A stretch of DNA of 11,063 bases from Polyangiales bacterium (GTDB taxonomy: Bacteria > Myxococcota_A > Polyangia > Polyangiales > Houyiibacteriaceae), in the NCBI GenBank assembly GCA_045106895.1, contig JBGCFM010000120.1, positions 1-11,063 on the forward strand, read 5' to 3'. The translations under genes and the position numbers were made by a program. The notes under the pieces were generated by a model, which saw only the letters and a list, made by a program, of their open reading frames with translations, was not told the DNA's origin and did no database searches. Numbering within the stretch: position 1 is the first letter of the stretch; every line of letters begins with the position of its first letter. Shown here piece after piece: positions 1-5,897 of this stretch.

Positions 1-2776
1 CGGCGGTGGCGTCGCCGGACTCAGCCTTGAGACGTGCGCCGAGGCCCAGTGCCTCGACGTTCTTCGGGTCCAGGGCCAAGACGCTGTCACAGAGCTCGAT
101 GGCTCGCTCCGGCGCTCCGAGGTCCGTCATGAACGCGCGGGCCGCACGAAGCGTGAGGTCGATCTTGCGCGACTCCTCGCTCGTCGCCGCGGCGTGACGC
201 TCCAGGGTGACGACGAGCTCGTCGAACTTGCCCGTCGCGCGGTAGAGGCGGGCGAGGGCCGTGTTGGCCCCCTCATGTCCGCCGTCGATGGCGATGACAG
301 ACTCGTAGGCGGCGATGGCCTTGTCGTGGTCGACGAATTCCTCTTCTTGGATCGCGCCGATGTGCTCGAGGAGGCCGATTTTCTGACGCGGCGTTGCGAC
401 GACTTCGAGCTGCTTCTCGAGCGTGACGAGGAGGTTCGCGAAGTCGCTTGTGCGTGCGTAGACTCGCTCGAGGCCCTTCAGCGCGTCGATGGACGTAGCG
501 TCGACGGCGAGAGCCGCCTCGTACTGCACGCTGGCCTTCTCGAACTTGTCGAGACGGTCTTCGTAGAGTTCGCCGAGCTTCAAGTGCGCGGCGACCTTGC
601 CGGTGCCCGCGGACAGCTTCACGCGGCGAGTGAGAAGCTCTGCAAGCTCCTTCCATTCTTTGCGCTCTTCGTGGATCGACGCGATGGCGTCGAGAGCCAT
701 GGGGTGCGCGGGATCGTCCTTGAGGACTTCCTCGAACATCTCGATGGCGACATCCTGGTTGCCCAGCTTTCGCAACACGATGTCCGCGGCCTCCGCGCGA
801 TAGTCGCGCGCAGCAGCCGGGTTCGTCGAGGCGTCGGCACGGCTCGTCAGAAGCTGAGCCAGCTCCTGCCAAGACTGCGCCTTTTTGTAGAGCGCCGTCG
901 TTCCTTCGTAGGCCTCTTCGGAGCCGGGATCGAGCTGAAGCGCCTGGCCGTAGCAAGGGAGCGCGAAGTCCGGCCGCTTGAGCCGATCCGCGTACCAGCC
1001 GCCCATCAGAACATAGAGCGCTGCGCCGTCGGCGGGCTCTGCTTCTTCCACCGCTTCGTTCAAGCTCGTAAGGACCTCGCCCCAGAGCTCCGCGTTCGAA
1101 CCCGCGAGGCGCTCGATGGCGCGCTGGGTCTTCTGGTCTTTCGGCTCATCCGCCAGGGCCTGGGTCCAGGCGACGAGGCCGTTGTCAGGGTCGCCGAGGC
1201 GCTCTTCGTAGAGCTCCGCGATCTCGCGAAGAACGACTGCGCGCTCTTCCGTCGACTCCACGTGCTCCACCTTCTCCAAAAGAAGATCCGCGAGGCCTTC
1301 GTAGTCGTCGGCGTGACGCGCGAGCTCCTCAAGGCCGTTCTGAGCGATGGCGTTGCTCGGATCGATTTCGCGGATCGCCGCGTAGGTCTCGCCTGCGCCT
1401 GTTCGGTCCGAGAGCTCCGCTTCTTGAATGCGGGCGATGCGGAAAAGAAGACCCGTCTTCTCGCTGTCCTTGGACGCCTTGTCGATGGCGCCGCGGTACG
1501 CTTCGATGGCCTTCTTCCAAGCGCCGGCGGGTGCGGCGATCTCTTCGACCTTCGCGGCGGCGTCGGTGTTGCCAGGCTTCTTCGCGAGGGACTTGGTGGC
1601 CTTCTCGAAGGCCTTCTTGTCGAGGTCCGCCTTCTTTTCTTTGGACTTCGCCAGGGCTTCGATGGCGTCTCGCAGCTCCTGAGCGGAGCGGTAACGATCC
1701 GCAGGGTCTTTGGCGAGGGCGCGGAGGACCAAGTCGTCGAGCTCTTTGCTGATCCATCCCTTCGGGGCGTGGGCCGAAGGAGGCTCAGGCTGACGCTCCA
1801 GGTGCTGTGCGATCACCTCGAAGGCGCTGGTGCCCTCGAAAGGAACGCGACCCGAGAGGGCTTCGTAGAGGGCGACGCCGACGGCATAAATATCGCTGCC
1901 TGCCGCGACTGCGGCGCCTCGCGCCATCTCCGGCGCGATGGCGTGTGCGTTGCCGAATACGCGGAGCGCGCCGATGGCGTCCGGACGGCTCGCGCCGGCG
2001 GCGAGGAGGCGGTACGCGCCGCCATCGATGAGCACGCCGGTAGGCTCGCCGCGCGTGCCATCCTTGAGCTCTTTACGCGTCGTAAACACGTTAGCGGTCT
2101 TCACGTCGCTGTGAACAAGACCGACATCGTGGAGCGACTGAAGCGCCCCCAAGAGTCCGACAAAGATTGGGCGTGCCTCGTTAAAGTGCATGGGCCCAAC
2201 GCGCTCGATGCGCGCGGCGAGGGTCTGTCCCTCGATGAACTCGATAGCGACCCAGGGGCGACCGTCCGGCAGCATGCCGCAGCCCAAGACCGTACCGACG
2301 CCTTCAACGGCGGAGCGCTGGAACGCCCTCTGACTGGTGAGCCATCGTGCCACCGCGCTCCGGTCGCGAGAGAGGCTCGAGCGGATCACCTTCACCGCCG
2401 CACGAACACGCTCGTCTCCTTCACCGCGCTCGGCGAGGTAGACCTTTCCGAGGCCGCCGTCGGCCAACTTCTTCCGGACCGTGAACTCGCCGATGACCGT
2501 TCCTGGCTCCGGCTCGTCTCCAACGCGAACGTCGAAGACACGCGCCACGTCCGGCGAGTGCTTTCCAAAGAAGAGCATCGCGTCGGCGAGGGCTTCTAGC
2601 GCCTCATCTTTCGCGGCTCGTTCCACGAGCGCACGCGCGAAGGTGCCTTTGCCACTTTGGCCTCCGACGGCGTCGGGTTCGTATCCGAGCAGTTCGGAGG
2701 AAAGGGCCATCATCTCGTCGAGCTCAAAGAGTCGTTCGAGTTCGCCGCGCATGAGATCAGTGGTCTGGTTGTTCAT
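1..2776 (-). CDS. Large protein (>=925 aa, 3' end outside the window): ~85-aa helical N-terminal domain, divergent Pkn2-type Ser/Thr kinase domain, long TPR-repeat array
   Basis: Hand translation from ATG 2776 (an in-frame TGA at 2791-2789 makes this the first possible start) stays open to the window edge. It begins MNNQTTDLMRGELERLFELDEMMALSSELLGYEPDAVGGQSGKGTFARALVER. Kinase motifs: LADGGLGKVYLA, AAVKVIR, PWVAIEFIEGQTL, LVHSDVKTANVF (HSDVKTAN at 2113-2090), LIDGG (DGG at 2026-2018), AIAPE, SDIYAVGVALYEALSGRVPF, ALAKDPADRY. TPR-like units follow, e.g. FALPCYGQALQLDPGSEEAY, AIEMFEEVLKDDPAHPMAL, ASVQYEAALAVDATSIDAL, AIAAYESVIAIDGGHEGAN, AIELCDSVLALDPKNVEAL. Confidence 0.93.
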   Translation of the reverse strand, partial: MNNQTTDLMRGELERLFELDEMMALSSELLGYEPDAVGGQSGKGTFARALVERAAKDEALEALADAMLFFGKHSPDVARVFDVRVGDEPEPGTVIGEFTVRKKLADGGLGKVYLAERGEGDERVRAAVKVIRSSLSRDRSAVARWLTSQRAFQRSAVEGVGTVLGCGMLPDGRPWVAIEFIEGQTLAARIERVGPMHFNEARPIFVGLLGALQSLHDVGLVHSDVKTANVFTTRKELKDGTRGEPTGVLIDGGAYRLLAAGASRPDAIGALRVFGNAHAIAPEMARGAAVAAGSDIYAVGVALYEALSGRVPFEGTSAFEVIAQHLERQPEPPSAHAPKGWISKELDDLVLRALAKDPADRYRSAQELRDAIEALAKSKEKKADLDKKAFEKATKSLAKKPGNTDAAAKVEEIAAPAGAWKKAIEAYRGAIDKASKDSEKTGLLFRIARIQEAELSDRTGAGETYAAIREIDPSNAIAQNGLEELARHADDYEGLADLLLEKVEHVESTEERAVVLREIAELYEERLGDPDNGLVAWTQALADEPKDQKTQRAIERLAGSNAELWGEVLTSLNEAVEEAEPADGAALYVLMGGWYADRLKRPDFALPCYGQALQLDPGSEEAYEGTTALYKKAQSWQELAQLLTSRADASTNPAAARDYRAEAADIVLRKLGNQDVAIEMFEEVLKDDPAHPMALDAIASIHEERKEWKELAELLTRRVKLSAGTGKVAAHLKLGELYEDRLDKFEKASVQYEAALAVDATSIDALKGLERVYARTSDFANLLVTLEKQLEVVATPRQKIGLLEHIGAIQEEEFVDHDKAIAAYESVIAIDGGHEGANTALARLYRATGKFDELVVTLERHAAATSEESRKIDLTLRAARAFMTDLGAPERAIELCDSVLALDPKNVEALGLGARLKAESGDATA

Positions 2777-2936
2777 GAATTCGTTGGATCAAATGAAGGA
2801 AGGTGAGGCGCTCGTGGCGGAGCGCAAAATCCGAGAGGGGCGGATGGTAGCTACGATCGCGCTGCTGGGAAAGCGAACGATCAGCGACGCAAAAAAACCC
2901 TATGTATGCAGTCTCAAATCGACGCCGAAGGGAAAA

Positions 2937-4673
2937 CTAGCGAACCAGGATTTGCCCGCTGCCCTGCGCCTGGGCCGCCCGGAGGCGGAGTTCGGCCAGC
3001 TCCGTGAGCTCCTCGAAGGTCTCGCACTCCTCGCCCTCGGCCCCCAAAGTCGCGACTCCGGCGCAGAAACTGACGCGAAAGTCGCCGTTTTCCCCTTCAA
3101 AACGCATGCGCTTGCAGTCGTCCTGAAGGCGCCCTAGGGCCGCCTCGATATCCTCGGCCCGCGTGCGAGGGAAAGCGATGGCGTAGGCGTCTCGCGTCCA
3201 TCGCACTCGGATGTCTTCGATTCGAAACCGGGCGCGCAACAGAGACGCAAACGCCCGGTCTGCGTCCGTTGCGGCTTCTTCCCCGACGCGGCTTCGCAGC
3301 GTCGCCTGTCCGTCCATCGCGACAAAAGCGAAGGCAAAGGGCTGCTTCGTGCGTCGTGTCTCGGCGGCACGCGCCAAGAGGTTCCGCGTGGCTTTGGCAC
3401 GCCGCGGCATGCGGGTGAGTGGGTCGTCCGCCGCACGAAGGCGCAAACGCGTGCGAAGGGCCAGGGAAGCGACGACCTCCGCGCACGAAGGGTCGTGCAG
3501 AACATTGGACGCACCGGCGAGGATCGCGGGTTCAATGAGCGCCGGCCCCACGACGATGAGCGCCGGACGCGCGCCTCCTTCGCTCATGCGAATGCGGCGA
3601 ACGTGCCCGACGTCGGATGCGTCGACGACGACGGCGTGCGGGTTCCATTGCTTGAGCGCGTGGTGCAGTTTCTCCCACGTGTCTTCGCGGCGAAGAGAAA
3701 CCGTCAGCGGAGCAAGTTCATCGGCACACCGCGCCGCGTCCCCCTTCGACCAAACCAGCACACGTGGCGGCGCCGGGTCCGCGAGGCCTTCGAGGTGCAC
3801 GAGTGCGGCGCTCAGGTCATCGGCTTCGACGGGATGCGTGAGGAGCATGTCCGCATCGATTTCCTCTGCGACAAGGCGCGTCGGCTCCCCATCGTCGACG
3901 GCGAGGACAGCGATTCGAGGTCTCGTGCCGCCTACGGATAGCCGCTCGACGGCGAGCGAGGCCTCACCCGGACGACCGAAAGGGAGGCCGAGAATGACGA
4001 TGTCGGGGGACTCGCTTGGCAGCACCGTGGCGAGCGTCGTCGCGCCTTCCACTCGAAGCAGCGCTTCCGCCAGTCCGCTCCGGACATACTCAATGAGCGC
4101 CACGTCGTCACTCAACACGAACACGCTCGGTCCACTGAGGGAGGCGTTTGTTTCCGGCGGCGACGTCAGCCAGCGTTCAGTCCCCTTTGACGTGTCGTGA
4201 AGAAAAGAAGCGCTCGGTCGCTCGTCCTCCTGGATGATGTCGTCGAGGGTGAGCTCGCTGTGCGATTGCAGCTCGCTCAGGTCGATGGTCATGCTCGTCC
4301 GCCGACGACGGGGTACGAGGCGCCGAATGCGTCGCGCGAACTGTTCCATGTCGATGGGCTTGTGGATGACCTCCGCCACATCGAGCTCCGTCGTCAGCTT
4401 TCGAAAGGAGACGAGGTCTCGGAAGAAGGCGGAGATAAAAACAACGGGGAGTCGCACGCCGTCTTCGCGAATGCGCTCGATCCACTTGATGCCGTTGGTG
4501 TCCGGCAAGAGACCATCGACGACGATGACTTCGATTTCGGCGTCCTCGCGAAGGAGCTGCAGGCCGTCACGCCCCTTGGACGCCTCGACGACCTTTAGGC
4601 TCATCTCCTCAAGTGCCGCGCGTGCGAGAGCGCGAAAATGCGCGTCATCATCTATGACGAGGACATGGGCCAC
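2937..4673 (-). CDS. Multi-domain response regulator: one canonical REC, two degenerate REC-like domains and a catalytically degenerate GGDEF domain (578 aa)
   Basis: GTG start. REC1 has HVLVIDDD, VIVVDGLLP (phospho-Asp), FISA and IHKP. REC2 has VFVLSDD...PDIVILG...LLTHP (Asp to Gly, Lys to His). REC3 has RVLVWS...PHAVVVD...AGASNVL. The GGDEF fold is marked by DPLT, RIEDIRVRWTRDAY (in place of RxxD-x5-GGDEF), VSFCAGVA and LAELRLRAAQAQG. Confidence 0.9.
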   Translation of the reverse strand: MAHVLVIDDDAHFRALARAALEEMSLKVVEASKGRDGLQLLREDAEIEVIVVDGLLPDTNGIKWIERIREDGVRLPVVFISAFFRDLVSFRKLTTELDVAEVIHKPIDMEQFARRIRRLVPRRRRTSMTIDLSELQSHSELTLDDIIQEDERPSASFLHDTSKGTERWLTSPPETNASLSGPSVFVLSDDVALIEYVRSGLAEALLRVEGATTLATVLPSESPDIVILGLPFGRPGEASLAVERLSVGGTRPRIAVLAVDDGEPTRLVAEEIDADMLLTHPVEADDLSAALVHLEGLADPAPPRVLVWSKGDAARCADELAPLTVSLRREDTWEKLHHALKQWNPHAVVVDASDVGHVRRIRMSEGGARPALIVVGPALIEPAILAGASNVLHDPSCAEVVASLALRTRLRLRAADDPLTRMPRRAKATRNLLARAAETRRTKQPFAFAFVAMDGQATLRSRVGEEAATDADRAFASLLRARFRIEDIRVRWTRDAYAIAFPRTRAEDIEAALGRLQDDCKRMRFEGENGDFRVSFCAGVATLGAEGEECETFEELTELAELRLRAAQAQGSGQILVR

Positions 4674-4773
4674 GTGTGCCGTATATCACTCTCGCGCCAA
4701 ATATCGGTATCCAGTGGCGCATTTCGATGCGTTTTGCGTGGACGTCTGGGCCGGACACCGGCAGATTGCGTCC

Positions 4774-5070
4774 ATGACGAAGGTTCGATTCGACCCCGCA
4801 CAATTCGAAGTCAGCGTGAGCGCCCCGGCTAGCCTCATCGACGTCACAGACGAACACCCCGACACGGATGTCCCCTTCAGCTGTCGCTCCGCGAGCTGCG
4901 GCACCTGCCGCGTCGAAGTCATCGCCGGCGCCGAGGGCCTTCTTGAGGCGGACGAGGACGAGCTCGAAGTCCTACGCATCTTCGAGGACGGTGAGAACGT
5001 GCGTCTCTGTTGCCAGCTTGAACTCGTCAAAGACGTCGAGACGCTTCACCTCCGCGTCGTCGATCCCTAA
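4774..5070 (+). CDS. [2Fe-2S] ferredoxin (98 aa)
   Basis: C-terminal part of the listed ORF 4234..5070; the likely start is ATG 4774 (MTKVRFDPAQFEV...). It has the PFSCRSASCGTC (C-x4-C-x2-C) motif, distal RLCCQ, and is acidic (EADEDELEVL). The upstream part of the listed ORF overlaps the regulator gene on the other strand. Confidence 0.93.
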   Translation: MTKVRFDPAQFEVSVSAPASLIDVTDEHPDTDVPFSCRSASCGTCRVEVIAGAEGLLEADEDELEVLRIFEDGENVRLCCQLELVKDVETLHLRVVDP

Positions 5071-5071
5071 G

Positions 5072-5116
5072 CACGTGTTGAGCACTGAGACGTGTTGCTC
5101 AGAGTCACACGTGTGA
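5072..5116. promoter_or_regulatory. Three ACGTGT repeats, the last within a perfect 12-bp palindrome; candidate activator-binding sites
   Basis: CACGTGTTG (5072-5080), GACGTGTTG (5089-5097) and TCACACGTGTGA (5105-5116). They lie about 95-135 nt upstream of the predicted sigma54 start site. Confidence 0.4.
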
Positions 5117-5181
5117 TGTCCGTACCACCCCAGAGCACCACTGCAGCACGACACCTTTGAGCGCACGAAGGCCGGGCCCCG

Positions 5182-5197
5182 TGGCACGGAGCCTGCA
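5182..5197 (+). promoter_or_regulatory. Sigma54 (RpoN)-type -24/-12 promoter
   Basis: TGGCACGGAGCCTGCA versus the consensus TGGCACG-N4-TTGCW. GG (5183-5184) and GC (5195-5196) are separated by exactly 10 nt, and the element sits directly upstream of the CDS at 5210. Confidence 0.65.
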
Positions 5198-5209
5198 TCG
5201 CCTCTTTGC

Positions 5210-5878
5210 ATGGTCCGACTCACCGTTCTTGCGTCCACGCTTGTCCTCGCCGGCGCCACCGTCGCTCAGGGGCAGCTTATGGAGCGCCCTCCTGAGCGGA
5301 CCGTGCACGAGCCGCCCGTGGAACCCCTCGCTCGGGTCGGAGGTTTTCTCGCCATCGGCCCGAGCCTCACTGACATCCGCCTCGACGACGACGGCGCCAG
5401 CGGCGGTGACATCGTCGGGGCCCAGGTCGGAGTTGTGTCCATCTCCATCGAACTCCGTGTGCTCTTCGCAGAGCGGATTGGGTTCGCGGTGACGCCGCTT
5501 ACCTGGCAACCAAGCGGCGGCCTCCAAGAAAGCGGCGACCACTGGCGCTTCGTGCGTGCGGGTGGCGGCCCCCGAGTACAGATACTTCCCCATGGCGCCA
5601 GAGCTCAGCTCACGTTGGGCTACGACCTCAGCTATTTGCGAGCTACCGATCTTGAGACCTGTCCGTGGTTCAGCCCCTGCGACGAACCTCCCCGCACATT
5701 CGAAGCCGTTGGCCACAGTTTCTCCCTTCGGCTCGACACACCCATCGTCCGGAGCAGCGCACGCATCGGCGCACGCATCGATGGTGGCTTTTCGTCCGAC
5801 ACCACGATGCGCTGGCTCACATTCGGCGTCTCGCTAGGCATCGGTCAACGAGGCGCCTGGGCTCAGGCCGCGAACTAA
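5210..5878 (+). CDS. Hypothetical secreted protein, probable small outer-membrane beta-barrel (222 aa)
   Basis: Signal peptide MVRLTVLASTLVLAGATVAQG, then a Pro-rich spacer, then about 8 alternating amphipathic segments (RVGGFLAIGPS, ISIELRVLF, IGFAVTP, VRAGGGPRVQI, QLTLGYDLSYL, HSFSLRLDT, RIGARIDGGF, WLTFGVSLGIG). It fills the gap between the ferredoxin and the peptidase. Confidence 0.7.
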   Translation: MVRLTVLASTLVLAGATVAQGQLMERPPERTVHEPPVEPLARVGGFLAIGPSLTDIRLDDDGASGGDIVGAQVGVVSISIELRVLFAERIGFAVTPLTWQPSGGLQESGDHWRFVRAGGGPRVQILPHGARAQLTLGYDLSYLRATDLETCPWFSPCDEPPRTFEAVGHSFSLRLDTPIVRSSARIGARIDGGFSSDTTMRWLTFGVSLGIGQRGAWAQAAN

Positions 5879-5897
5879 AGCGCCGAACCAAGTGGAG

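Noticed and set aside
194..2599. 801-aa plus-strand ORF
   Set aside because: It is the codon-aligned antisense shadow of the kinase-TPR gene, has no recognisable motifs, and such shadows are common in high-GC genes.
2844..2849. TACCAT (-10-like, minus strand) about 70 nt upstream of the kinase-TPR start
   Set aside because: It is a lone hexamer with only a poor -35 candidate. It is plausible but not supportable as a feature.
2885..2936. Possible intrinsic terminator after the regulator (T7 tract on the minus strand at 2897-2891)
   Set aside because: Only a 4-bp CCCT/AGGG pairing with a long loop precedes the U-tract, so there is no convincing stem.
3211..4200. 329-aa plus-strand ORF, and other alternative-frame ORFs such as 2481..3137, 5105..5716, 6981..7946, 7238..8056 and 8871..9488
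   Set aside because: They overlap well-supported genes on the other strand or frame, lack domain motifs, and have the composition typical of GC-rich shadow ORFs.
4715..4731. TGGCGC...TGC as a sigma54 promoter for the ferredoxin
   Set aside because: The GG-to-GC spacing is 11 nt, not the required 10.
4234..4773. N-terminal extension of the ferredoxin ORF (278-aa version)
   Set aside because: It overlaps the response regulator on the opposite strand and is Ser/Arg-rich with no motif. The ferredoxin domain begins at ATG 4774.
5071..5190. Short repeats as a CRISPR array or mobile-element end
   Set aside because: The repeats are only 6-9 nt with 17-19 nt spacing, and no cas, transposase or integrase gene is nearby.
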